Shown here piece after piece: positions 36,111-48,900 of a stretch of DNA of 64,000 bases. The notes under the pieces were generated by a model that searched no databases, was not told the DNA's origin, and saw only the letters and a program-made list of their open reading frames with translations. The first letter of the stretch is position 1, and each line of letters begins with the position of its first letter. Made by a program: the position numbers and the translations under genes. Source of the DNA: Blasia pusilla (Eukaryota); assembly GCA_050084515.1 (NCBI GenBank), contig CM114271.1, forward strand, positions 30,070,001 through 30,134,000. The letters are read 5' to 3'.

Positions 36111-38799
36111 TAATTGGATAACATAGCAACTAGGTCATGTTGGTGTTGTGTAGGATGTTTATACCTTCCAATTTGATTTAGTGGTAAAAACCAAGAAATC
36201 ATGTATAGAAAATAATGTGGATGAATCCATGGAAGTTTCTATGCAGATGTCTATCCATGTAGACCAACTTCCATCAAATTTCAAGGTATGAACATCCTAA
36301 GTTCAAGCTCGCAAGGATGAATAGAAATAGATTGAGATAAAAAAAATGCTAGTCTAAGTCCCATGACTTAGACTAGCATCGAAGGTTTTTTGGTGTTGGA
36401 ATTGCAATGGAGCATCACGAGAAGGTAGAACACTCAGAGTCTGATCTTTTTCTGGGTGAGGAGCAACAGTATATGACACTAGTTGATGGTGCTGCAATGG
36501 AGTATCTATAGAATTCTAATCAAACTTTGGAGCATTGCTAGAATTCCCATGAATGAGAGCAGCATCAAACTCCTTTTGTTATTTCCAATAGAAGGGATGA
36601 GTTTGGGGGAGAGCATCAAAGAGGGATGAGAAAAAATGAGAAGGAAAACCAAACGATGCTGGGGAAGGAGGAGGAATCGCTGGAATTGCTCTGTTAAGAG
36701 ACGATGGAGAAAATTAGTGCTACTAGAGCCACACAAACACAACCCTTCAGAATTTGAGGCCGAAGCAGCCACAAACATAGATGTTCCTCAGTTTCTCATC
36801 TTATTCTGTTCATAGCTATCCCATCGACTTCAATAGCACCTCCTTGTCCCCTTTCTCTACCCTAAATCTTACATACAAATATGGATCTCCTTCATGTGTT
36901 TGACAACAACACCTCCTCTTTCTCTTGCAAATCCTCGAATCCTACCTTCGAACACGTAACGGACTACATATTTGTTCTCCTCTAATTTCTACCATTTGTT
37001 TGGATCTCTACTCAACAAGAAAATCCAATCCAATTCTATTCGATTCAAATGCATCTTCTCTTTCATTTTACCTCCTCAAGTGTTAACTTTTTTTTATGGA
37101 GAATGAGCTACAAATTCATCCTCATTTCCTTCCCACCACTTTTCTAGTCATTGCTATCCAATCTCCACGATGGTTAATCTTGAATAGAAGTAATGCTCTG
37201 CCAACCAAGAAACCAAAAATAGGGATACGCTCGTGATCATTAGCTACAAAAATTTGACCGTACGTACCATAATTTAGGCAGGAGAAAAGCTATCTCCATT
37301 CTATAATCTCTCCATTAAAATTTATTAAGTCGGATACCAGAGATGGTAAATGGTAAATGGAAAAGATCGCATACCAGGGAACTCAGTGAGATTCATGAGA
37401 CGGAATAACATCAGCATATGCCCACATACAAGCCACCTATTCACATGAATGGTAACATTGAGTCAGAAGCTGTGTCCACAAGAGCCAAATCCGCAACCTC
37501 TAACTCTCACATTGAGATTGAAAGCAACTCAGCATGCAGACAAGATTCAGGGAGGTGTAATGCAGGCTAATTAATCACTTTACAAAGAGGACATTCATCA
37601 CTGCAGATAATGAAGAAACAAAAGAGGGAAAACACATGTACTGCTCAAGTTCATATACAGTCATGCTAAGTCCAAGAATTATGGGAAAGACTTAACAATG
37701 GCGGATTGATCATAACAAGACTTTGATAATAGAATGATCTTAAGCATCAAAGGAACCTCCTTAAGGGACACTTTCTCACATCATTTCATTCTTTAGAAAA
37801 GCAAGACAAAGAACCATGGAAATTGGTGAAGGGAAGGAAACAAAGAGGAACATAAGGGCCCAACATGTCTCTCATGTGCTTCAAGACATGAAAATGCTAC
37901 CTTCATGAAATAGTGGCAAAGAATCAAATCAATGAGAAACCCAAGGATAGACTTACCATTGACCTCAACATCATGAGGAAGTACTAGAAAATTGGGAGTT
38001 GATGTTCTCTCATTTGTATACTTCTCGGCAATCAAAAACTCAATGAGAGTTGTTGTATTGCCATGCACTTCATTCAGTACGTGACATTGTTACCCTTAAA
38101 TTAAAGGTCTGAAGATTCTAGGGATCATAAACGATCTCTCTTATGTATATTAGAACTCAACTTAGAATCTAGTTTTTGTTCTACAGCATGAAAATTTATG
38201 GGAATTCTGAGGGCTCTTGGTGTGTCGTGCAACTGATCTTGCTGCAAAGTAATATGAGACTACTCGGGAAGAAGTATATATTGTAGTCTTGTGACCATAG
38301 ATCCCACAACCTTATTGGATGGTACTACAGACTAGGATGGGGATAAACTTAACGTACCATATGAGAGTGATATGAGAGAAGGTGAGTGAGTGAACATTGT
38401 ATGTACAAGTAGCTCACAGGAACATAGGTCATTTTGTCCAACTAAGTAGTGGAGATTGATTGTGCTTGTGTGAACAAGGGCTATGAGTGGATCTCTGGAG
38501 TTAGATAGTTGTGAAGATCTATGTTTAGAAACTTGGGTCTCTCTAAGTTGAATCCCTCGTAGGATCCCTCCAAAAGATAGGTCTACTACTAATCTAACTT
38601 ATCGATAGAAAGAGGAAGCAATAGACCTCTACCCAATTCCTTATAATTTTCAACTCTCTGAACACAGTCATATTTGACATCAATAGAGATCTTCATTCCT
38701 CCTTCTTGTACAAGTTATAATCAAAGAAATGACCACGACATCGGAGATTCTATGAAACACAGTGCATATACGTGTGTGACATGTATTGGATCAGAGCAG

Positions 38800-39960
38800 C
38801 CAGAACTTGCCATCACCATTTTCACTGATGCCAATTTTTTTTTCTTCCAATTTTGATGCCTTCAGTGCTTGTCTCTTCCCATCCTTTGTTGGCAATGGTT
38901 CATTGGCTAGTTTGATGGTAGACTGTATCCTATAAAAGCAACATTATATGCCATTACAAAACAAAAAGAAGTTTGAAAGGTAGAAGGGTTTTCCATTACC
39001 ACTTTGGCTGAAATTAACAAGAACCCACAAATCTCATTACAGTGATGGTAGCTCCAAACCTCAAACCAACCAGCAATGCATGTTCAATGTTGAGAAGACG
39101 TAAAACACTTACCCACTTGAGCCTGTCTTGGCGAAACTCGAGTAGAGTTACATTGTAGAGTACTAGGATCTTGGTCGAACGGAGTATGCACATCCTTTGT
39201 TGCGAGTTTGGATACCATGTCCATCAAGATCCCTAGTGTCTTGTTTTGACCATCCATCTGGGTTTCTACATCTTCCAAATCTATACTCCACCTCTTCCAA
39301 TTGAATTGTAACTCTTGAATCCACGCTTTATAGAAAAAAAAGGTGTAACATTAGTAAGTTATTCACAATCTAAGGATGAATTTTTTTCATGTAGAAATCT
39401 TGATTAAAGCGACTATCCTATAGAAGGGACTAGTGCGGAAATATCCAAAGGATCTATGTACCGGTAAACTCTGTTATGTGAATGCGGAGCGTTTACATTG
39501 TTCTTCAGGTTGTCTAACCTCCGTCCCCGTGGCCAGTGAACGCTTCGAAGATCCAAGAGATACATCTCCACAAAAATTCAAGTAGTTTACTGACATGAGC
39601 AATGGATCCAAATTCCATGCTCTCTATAGACCCCAACAAATCAATAAGGATTCGAATTTTCAAAAAGTTGGGGTGTGCATTAGAAGAAAATTGTGGTTTT
39701 TATGACTAGCGGTTAAATGACTGAGGTTCTTCATGACTCCAACATATGACTAGAGTGTCCGCCAGTCGGATGGAAGTCATATCACCCTATATAATAGTAA
39801 AGTTGTAGTCATTGAAAAATTTTAGGATATGGCATAGTTATATTTAAAATGACTTAGTAGCTTTTGGGTTTTGTGTTTAGTCATACTAAAATTTTATATG
39901 ACTCACTTGTGTAAGGAATAAAAAAATGACTAAACAAGTCAAGTCATAAACTAATTAAAA
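38800..39960 (-). mobile_element. Probable CACTA (En/Spm) end: ATGACT/AGTCAT subterminal repeats plus spliced exon remnants
   Basis: Dense atgact/agtcat motifs at 39690-39950. Exon-like minus-strand segments with splice sites (for example MEDVETQMDGQNK...RQAQ). No CACTA terminus was found. Confidence 0.35.
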
Positions 39961-41069
39961 AAAGATTCACCTTCTTACATGGAAAAAAATGAATGATGTG
40001 GCTTCACATTTTCATTCAGACTCCTTATGTGGCATATGACATGTACCATCATCCAAAGCTCTTGGCAGGCGAGCAAAGAGGGGTCTACCGATTGGGGGAG
40101 AATGCAGAGTCAGAATCCATCAAGGGAGAGTGAGTGACAAGACTTAATACGAGGGTCACGCGAGCTAGGGTGTCACGTGCTAAAGAGAATGCTAAGGTGA
40201 AGAGAGCAAGGCGGAGGCGTAGGTATGATAATGTGAAGAGAGAGGGTTGAGGGAAACGAGAGAGGAAGCAAGAGCTACAAGAGAGCCCAGTAGAGAGAGG
40301 GACACGGTATCATACACAGTTCTTGTCTCCTTTCATCCTTTATCTACTCAAATCTCCTAATTATATCAGCCAAGATTAGAATGATCCTTCTTCAAAATGT
40401 TAGGTGATCCCTTGCACAATATTGAAGCTACTCTAGTTGGCATGCCAACCAAACACCAGAGTTGGGGTCATGTTCTTTACTTCTTGATCTGACTGATTTT
40501 TTTTGGCCAAATTCAACTTAAGGAATGAGGTAGGGAGGTAATGAGTTGAAGCTCTTGGGGAGCTAGAATGTTCCTTCTTCATTTAGCATCCTAGCTGAAA
40601 TTGAATTGAGAGAACTCTAGAATGATGGGCCATGATTGGTAGATCATATCATGGAGAGGAGCATTACAACACTATATACCCGGTGGATAATGATGGTTCT
40701 GGACCTCCCAACTTAAGTTGAAAATTGTCAATGTGAGTATAAGTTTGTGACATGTTAGGTAGAACTTTTCCATAAGTGATTGGTTTCTCTCCTAACTTGC
40801 GTGGGTCCTCAAATTGATTCTCAAACTGAGAACTCCTCAAGACCTTATGAGCTCCAACTTGGAATAGGAATTCACATAAATTTAAATCTTAGCATTCGTT
40901 TGAAGAGATATAATCCCATTCTAGACAAGGCCCTCTTTAAAATCAGCAACTTACCCCATTTTGTTGATTGTATTGACTCTTTGTCCTTTGCTCTTAAAGA
41001 AAAAGATAACTCTCCACCAGATATAGATGTGGAAGTGATTGTTGGTCTGAAGACCAAGAATAGTAATCT

Positions 41070-41345
41070 TAGTATTGTAGGCAACGGGTCTCCATATCTT
41101 TGCACCGTGCCCAGGCAAATGGGCTTTTGCAGCGGGCTCAAGCGGTTGGAGACGCCAATGCTAGAGGCCTACTTAGTAGTAGCCATAGTTCTCTAGGTAT
41201 TGCTGATATTGTCAATGTTGTTGGTGAGTTTGGTCGTTAGGGGGGGAAGGCCCCCTTTTGTCTCTTCAGGGCCGCTTTTGGCCCACGGACTTTTGGCTCT
41301 CTATGGGCCCCCCTCGTGTGTATCCTGATGGATTTTCCATCAAAG
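41070..41345 (+). mobile_element. Second copy of the RLE-type LINE 3' end
   Basis: Collinear with 12150-12420 (TATTGTAGGCAAC..TCTCCATA..AATGGGCTTTTG..GCGGGCTCA..CTAGAGG..CTAGGT..GGATTTTCCAT). Confidence 0.7.
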
Positions 41346-42094
41346 TTTCTATTAAAGTTTATATTTCATTTTGTAATCTCAGCGAGGATGCAACGACTAC
41401 TACATATTCTCTACGTAAGGACTTATACTTTCTTCTCTGTCTACAATTCATATGGAGTTTATTGGCTTTTTTTCATGTACTCAAACATTAGTTAGGAATA
41501 TCACTCACAACTTACTTTGGTTGTTTGTTTCCACTTAGAGATAAGATTAAGCTTCAAGAGAAAGACTCCAGCAAAAAGTGGAGAAGAAATGATAACATGT
41601 AAGGAGTGTATCTATCAATTGCATATTAAGCTTAGACAAACTTTTATGACTATATTCCTTTTCTTAAGGGTTTCTTGATTAAGATTTAAGGTGATTGTCA
41701 CTAACTTGAATAATTTGTAAATGTCTTTTAGGCAATGGGAGTGTTGATGGCGAAACCAAGTCATCTCCAAGAAAAAAAAAATGAGGCTACAATCTGATGT
41801 AGTAATTAAACAAGAGGGTGAGACCAAATCATGCCTGTCTAAAAACTAAACCAAGGTTAAATGCTCATGCCTATATAAGCTGATTCAACCCTTTCCCTAA
41901 GCCCTTAGTGACGGATTTCCATTGTTGTGGGTAATTAAGTGAACTTGTAGGGCATGTGAACTCATCACACTTTGTGCCCAACTGGGGCTGATCTTTCAAA
42001 AAGGTAAATTGTAGCTACTTTCATCCTTCTAATTTTGTATCTTAACTAAACTAATGCATTGGACTAATAATCATTTATTCTTTTTTGTTTCTAG

Positions 42095-43450
42095 TTGCAA
42101 ATTGGAGATAATGTCCTATTTACCAAGCCAAAGTTATGTAGGACAGTCCTTGGAACAGGGACTATATCATGCTTCGGAGGAAAAGAAAAGTTTCATGGGA
42201 ACGATCTTCCTTTAAGCATGGTACGAGTGATTTTGAGGGAGGTACATGATCCTGAGCAACCCTTGTGGAGGGACAATTTGGAAGATGATTCTCCACAATT
42301 GATCTTTTTTCATGCGCTCGACTCAATCATTCTTTGGCCAGAGATGCATATGCAGAAGGTGACGCAATAACTTTTTTTTCTGATCGTGAATTAGAATGTT
42401 GAAAGCAAAAGTGCTCGTATATTTATCAAATTTATAGAGCCATTTTGGAATTACACTTTGGTTTATGTCGATATAGCAGAATATAAATACATCTAATTGA
42501 AATTTTATTTTGGATTTTGGATCAAACATTTGGATCCGACTCTTAAATACTATAGATGATGGAAACCTTTTTTTTAGTTCCACTAAGTAATTTCCCTCCC
42601 TTGATTCATTTTAATCTACTCTTTCGGGCTTTCAATGGATGATTCTTATCCCTTGCATGTTCTTGCCTCTTTTGAAGTTGTGCCTTCTAATATTGGTCCA
42701 ATTTGGGACACAATGAATTGTGTGGTTTGTTAGAAACTTCTCAAATGTCTTAAATTTTGAGCCTAATTTAGGAACCACTTCCAAGACTCACATTAATCAG
42801 GCAATGACCAATGAAAACTTCTTTTCAAAGAACCAAACTAGTCATGGGGCAACACTAAATCAATCATAACAAAGGATTCAAGATTCACACTACTCAGCAT
42901 TATATTACTAAGGCAATAATATAACAATTAGTACTATAGTTGATATCCTCCACCGTAGAGACTACCTTGATCAGCCCTTAATGACTCCCTCAATCAACTA
43001 GTATAACAAGTGACTACAATAACAATGGTGAGATGTGAGTTGTCATTAATATAACATTTCTAGTCATTGGTAATGACTCCCACTATCATATCCAATCACT
43101 CCATCATAGTCATTACTTGGTATAATGGCCCATTTAGTCACATATCCTCCCCATTATTAAGTTGCATACGAGATGTTATAGTATTGGATGCCATCTACTT
43201 AATGACGTGTCGAATAGCTTGGTTATGAAATGACTATGTTAGTCATATGCAGTCACACAATACATAACTCAGTAAGTTGTTAATATAGCCATATGTCCAA
43301 AATTATGACTAAACCATTGTTTTTGTTTTTTGTCCACATAATTTATCCACGTCATCTACCAAGGAGTCCATGTCATATGATAATGTGTTGTATTTTCCAC
43401 ATCATCTCAATGACATGGAAGTCATGACAAATGACTCCTCAAGTCATTTA
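42095..43450 (+). mobile_element. CACTA TnpA/TNP1-like terminal exon and subterminal repeats
   Basis: After an AG acceptor, 42095-42370 encodes GTGTISCFGGKEKFHGNDLP..MVRV..EV...PLW..NLEDDSPQ...ALDSIILWP, which resembles the TNP1/En/Spm C-terminal domain. atgact/agtcat repeats follow at 42980-43450. Confidence 0.5.
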
Positions 43451-43944
43451 TATCTTTATTACTCTCCAAGGAACCAGCGATGAAGAGGTTCCATGTTGCA
43501 AGCAACCACACCTATGCCAAAAGCGTGCATGCCAACCCCCAACCCCCCCAGTGACATATCTCCATTTGGGTATGTGGAACTTTTGTAGACTAACCCATCC
43601 AATGAAGCAACTTGAGGTTGTTGATGTTTTGCTGAAAAATCAAATCCATATGTGGATGGTCAAAAAACTTGGGAGACCAAGTTAATGGAGATACCCCATG
43701 TACCACACTATGCATGGTTTGGAAAAATGTGAAGCACCCAAGCGGACAACAAGAGAGGTATGAAGGGTGTTGGCTTCTTCATCAAAGACTTCATGGTGGA
43801 CAAGTGTGAGATCATCAACATAAGGCTCAAGTATGAACATAACATATGAGTTAAAGTCCAAGGAGAGTGCAACCTCAAGGGCAAGGTTGCACTCGAAAAA
43901 AGTCTGTGTCCATGGACTTATGTGCGTCCTAGGGACCCACATGT

Positions 43945-44110
43945 TAGTGTTGGCTCGGGTACCCGCAACCCATACCCGAGGGTGCCAATCCCACACCCGT
44001 TTTGTGGCCCGTGTAGAGCCCACAGTAGGCCGACAGGATGGGCTCAGCCGTGGGAAAGGATGTTGGCCACAAAACGGGTGCGGGCTCCGATGTGGGCTGA
44101 GGGTACTCAA
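43945..44110. mobile_element. MITE/hAT-like GC-rich fragment with an internal inverted repeat
   Basis: Perfect 16-bp inverted repeat CACCCGTTTTGTGGCC (43994-44009) / GGCCACAAAACGGGTG (44065-44080), with ACCCG-type repeats. Confidence 0.45.
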
Positions 44111-44229
44111 GTGGCATGTATGTCCCATGGACAAACTTGTCTGTTTGTGCGCAACGTTGCTCAAGGGATACATACAGTGGATGTATTTACATGCCCACAA
44201 CCAGTGAATCTGTTGTTATAACATAGGCA

Positions 44230-47200
44230 GCGTTGATTGCCTTGGTTCCAGACAAAGGGGAACATGGTCTTGCTAGGAGACTTCAACAGTTGGGTGGGGC
44301 AAGGCACTAATCCCCAAGCGGAGATCAGGATGTTTGGAGATGTGAGAGTGAATGGCAATGGCACACAGTTGATCACGGTGTTGAGGGAACTTCAACTGAT
44401 GGCACTGAATGATAGGCATAAGGCAAGTTCCCCAACTTGGACCACGATCAACTTCAAGGAGAATGAAAGCTCCATTGTGGACTATATAGTTGTGGATGAG
44501 GAACTCTAAACATGCAATATGAAGATCATGGTGGATGCGAGTGACATTGGAACATCATATCATTCGTTGGCCTAGAAAGAGTTGTAGCAAAGAATAAAAT
44601 GCTCGACCAAACCAATGAAGAGAGTGATCAAGAAATGGAGGATAGAGAACTTCCAAGATGTGGGAAACAAGAATGTGTACGTTGGCAAGTTGAAAGAATA
44701 TCTCTTGGCATTTGACACTTTCATTGATTCTACCATCAAGACCTTTGGGTTCATAAGAACAACTATGGATGTAGTGCTAACATGGTGGGAGCATGGAGTG
44801 ACAGATGCGGCTGAGATTGTTGGCGGCAAGAAATTGATAATTTGTGGCAAAGCCATCAAATGGTGGTCCTTGGATCTCAAGGCAGCCATTGCCAAACGAA
44901 GGGAAGTGTATGTAGCATGTGCCAAGGCCAAGGACAATCCATCCTTGTGGTCAGAATATGTGGCCCTAAGCAAGGAAACCTGTCTTCTCGGGCGCATGCA
45001 CAAGAAGAAATTGAACCAAGCAACCTTCCCATCCATCATTGAGAATTACGCCGAGAATCAGAAAAATGTTCTGGATGGAGGTGCAAAAATTGAGGAAGGC
45101 CAAGGGCAAACATGACGTAAAGGTCATGAAGTGAAAAGACGATGGGATGGTGAGCACTGCTGCGCAGATCCGACATGTGTTGGAAGACAATTACAAGAAT
45201 TAGGCAAGAAGCCCACGCAGAATTTCAAGAAGATGGAGGAAGATTTTGTTAAGATACAACGGGAGAGGATAGATGATGAGGTTGAGTTGGGTAACCCACA
45301 TAGCAATTGGTTCAAGCTGGATGGGAGCAACTATCATAAAACTTGTGAACCGCAAAGCAAGCAATGGTGATGAGCTTGTGAATGATCTATTGAAGTACAA
45401 CAACACTTCTACAGCTCGTTTTCTAGTGAGTCTCTTCAACCTGGTCTTGTAGGCACAGATCATTCCACAAAGGTGGCAGGTGGGAATCATTGTGAACCTC
45501 TTTAAGAAGGGTGAGCAAGAAGACCCTAAAAACCTCATGGATATTACATTGCTGAGTGTAGTTAGGAAGCTCCTCTGCCATATACTTAACCAATAAGATC
45601 TCTGTGTGTAACTTGAGGAGAATTCTCTCATCAAAGAAGGCCAGGCTGGATTCCGGCAAGCCCAAGGATGCATGGGTCACATCTTCACCTCCAATCAGAC
45701 TATCCAGGGTACGAAGAAAAGGGAAACCCACATATTCCTTCTTCTTGGACCTCAAAATGGCATACAACACCGCATGGCATAACGAGCTATCTTGTAGCTT
45801 GTGGAAGGCAAGGCCCAGAGGGAAAATGTAGAGGGTGGCGGAAAAGATGTACCAAATCACATTGAGTAGAGTTCTGGTGAATGACCAAAAGAGTGGGACA
45901 TTCGACATCAAGAAAGGAGTGGCTCAAGGCTGCCTGCTCTCCCCCACCATCTTCATCGTTTTCGGGGATACCCTATTGGAGGAAATGGAGGATAGTGGTC
46001 TAGTCATCTGGGTGGGCAACCAACAAATCTCTGCCCGCCTCACTGTTGTGCCAACCTGGTCTGACTGGGCATAGAATTCTCGGGAGACCCCATGTGGGAT
46101 GCCCACATTACGAAGACTACCCAGAAAAGCCAAAAGAAGGTGAGCGGTCTGTCAAGGTTCCTACACTGCCGAGATATCACATCCGAAGTAAAACGCTGTC
46201 ATTTTGCATACCATTCATCTCTGGTTGGAATATGGGGCAGCAGTGTGGGATGCCAACACCAAACAAAGGGACAGGCTTGAAGCTGTGCAGCTGACGGCAT
46301 TTCAGGGTAGTATGTCAGCTTCCTCACTAACAGCGAAAGTTGGTGTGAGATCAGAACTTCGAGTGGAACCCTTGGAGGATAGACGTGACATCACCAAGTT
46401 GAAGTGGCGAAGGCAGTTGCAGACAATGGACTCCCATTGTCTGCACCAAGTTGAAGTGGCGAAGGCAGTTGCAGACAATGGACTCCCATTGTCTGCAACT
46501 GAAGCAACTAAAGAGGGGATGGGGAAAACTTGGACCCAAAGAAGACCCGTAAAGCAGGCCAAAAACGTTCGAGAGATTGTGCAATCAACCCAGCTTCCTG
46601 CAGGGCCTGAACTGTGGGAGCAAGATGAGAAACAACTTGTGGACACCATAACCAAGGCAGTGGGAAAACACTCACAGCAGAACAGCACAGAGGAAACCAT
46701 GAAATGTCTTGACCTCTCTGCTGACTGAGCATCCTGAACAAGTACAATTGAAGACCTCTTTGCAGAGCACCCCTTGGTTGGGGTATCAGGCTGAAGTTAA
46801 AGTTTAGGACAGGGGCAATCCCCTTGAACCACAAGAAAAGCAGGATGGGAACACAACGACATTCTTGCACCTTGAGTGATGATGGGGATGAAACCTCTAG
46901 TCCCTACTTGGTCTCCTGCACAAAATTCATGCCTCGCACATTAAGAGCATATGCTGATTTTGCTATGCTGGTCATACCAGAATTGTTCAACACATTCAGC
47001 AGCCTAAGTTCACCGCCCAAAGCTGCAGCACTTGTAATTAATGTGTATTGGGGATCCCAATCACATAAAGTAGATGGTGTTGTAAAGAGCTTTCGGGTTG
47101 ACACTTCGAAGCTCCGCACAACACTGTACGGTCAGAACTCACGGTATAAGAGAGGGTCTCCCTCCTCTCATATGGTACCTTCTTCATTTGTTGCTCTCTC

Positions 47201-47280
47201 TACATCGATCATAGTCTCAATCACCATCCAACCAGGGCTCGGGGTCTATGGTCGCAAGGCTAAGACATGTACTACTTAAT
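44230..47280 (+). mobile_element. Decayed APE-RT LINE (RTE-like)
   Basis: APE motifs LLGDFNSWVG, NGNG and SIVDYIVV. RT motifs PQRWQVGIIVNLFKKG, ITLLSVVRK, FLDLKMAYN and GVAQGCLLSP. The YADD region appears deleted. The 3' end is ...GCTAAGACATGTACTACT. Confidence 0.88.
46392..46501 (+). repeat. Perfect 52-bp tandem duplication containing a 16-bp-stem hairpin
   Basis: 46392-46443 equals 46444-46495. CAGTTGCAGACAATGG-actc-CCATTGTCTGCAACTG lies at 46466-46501. Confidence 0.95.
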
Positions 47281-48155
47281 GAGTACGGTCTCTCGCACAA
47301 ACACATCAAGCACTAATTGGCCAAGAGATATAGCTAGACTGATTTAATATCCTCTTAAAGCAATCACCAATTTTCAATGTAAATAGACCTTCCACATCTC
47401 TTATTTTTCCAATTTGAATTGAAATCCAGTAGTTGTTAGATGAGAGGGTTGATATGATTCGTACCACATTAGTTCCCTGTAACAGAGATATTAACTCAAA
47501 TGAAGGATATTGCTGAGTGTCAGGTGTTAACTCGGAAGAAGGAATATTAGAGTTAACATCTGACATTCAGTAGATCTGACCTTCACTCTGAGACCCATCT
47601 TGCACAGGATATACATACCGTCCTATCACAGGGAGAAAGTGCAGACGTAAACAAACATCTCATAGGAGTGAGCCTCACGTGAAGAAAATGGCAGTTAAAA
47701 CTGCTACAAATGCTGCAACCTTTAAATATCTAGAAAAGTATACATACAAAATGAACTTTGACCAATGAAGAGAGTCCGACAATGTTTGATCTAGCTACCG
47801 CAACAAATCATAAGAGGAAGGACGGAGCACTACAGGACTGCTTAGACCAAGTAACGTAGGAAGCACCTACAGGTAGCTATCAGAGGTCCTTGGCGGATCT
47901 CCTCACTGATTGTGTAAGGGCATACATGCAAGCATCTGGGGACAGAGCCAACGACCATTCCACCACTCTTGAATCGCACAAGATAAGAACATCCTCAACA
48001 GATATCACGGAGGCAGAGCATTTGGCCTCTGACATCAAGTTGCTCTTGAAAATTAGGAACGTAACTCGGCGGTAAAGCACTGCAAGAGGGACTATGCAGC
48101 GTTATCAAGAAGCAGAAACTCAAAATTTTACGGACTAGACAGATAAGAGGAGGGA

Positions 48156-48900
48156 TCACTCAAAAGCCCACTGGTTTTCCCGCCTGACTTCTTCCTCCTC
48201 TTCTGGTGTGAAATCATTCTTTATGTTGAATGTCTTTCGAATCTCCTCTGGAGTTTTGCCCTTGATCATGTCCGCGACGGTTTGGCAAGTCAAATCCAAA
48301 AGGTTTTTAATGTTCAGATAATTCGCGGCCTGCAAAACAAAATCGAAATGAAATGCCATCGCCGTGTCAAGACGCGGGACGAAATTACAAAAAGGCAGCG
48401 GAATCAAGTAAAACTAGTTTTATGCGCGGATTAAGACAAGAGATTCAAACAACGGCTACAACTGACGGAGCATATGTCCAAGATGTGAGGAAAACAATGA
48501 CTCGTAGGAGAGAACAGGCAAGAAAACACCAGATATACAAACAAATACGCTCATGTCATCTATATATACTCATAATTGAATGTTACAGGACTCTTACCAA
48601 AATCAGGTCGAAGAGGGTAGCCTGATCAACCTTCACGAAGTCTACATCCCAGGCCTTGATTTCGTCCTCTGGAACGGCAGGCTTATCATCACTGCTCTTT
48701 TGAGCATCCACGTGGTACTTGCAGTACTCAATGACCTTCGACAAGATCTTGCTTGAAACATTAGGCAACGGGATCGGATTATCGGTCCCAGTGTCTTCGA
48801 TCATATTCTTCACCGTCTGCGACTCATAAGCCACCGCCTCATCTACTTCAAACATCTCATCGTCAGAGGACTTCAGCTTCACTTTGGTTTCCTTCGACAT
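48156..48900 (-). CDS. SKP1: SKP1/ASK1-like SCF adaptor, copy B (158 aa)
   Basis: Exons 48900-48598 and 48329-48156, with a GT-AG intron at the same position as in copy A. It differs from copy A at 3 residues (T/A, T/V, A/V). Confidence 0.97.
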
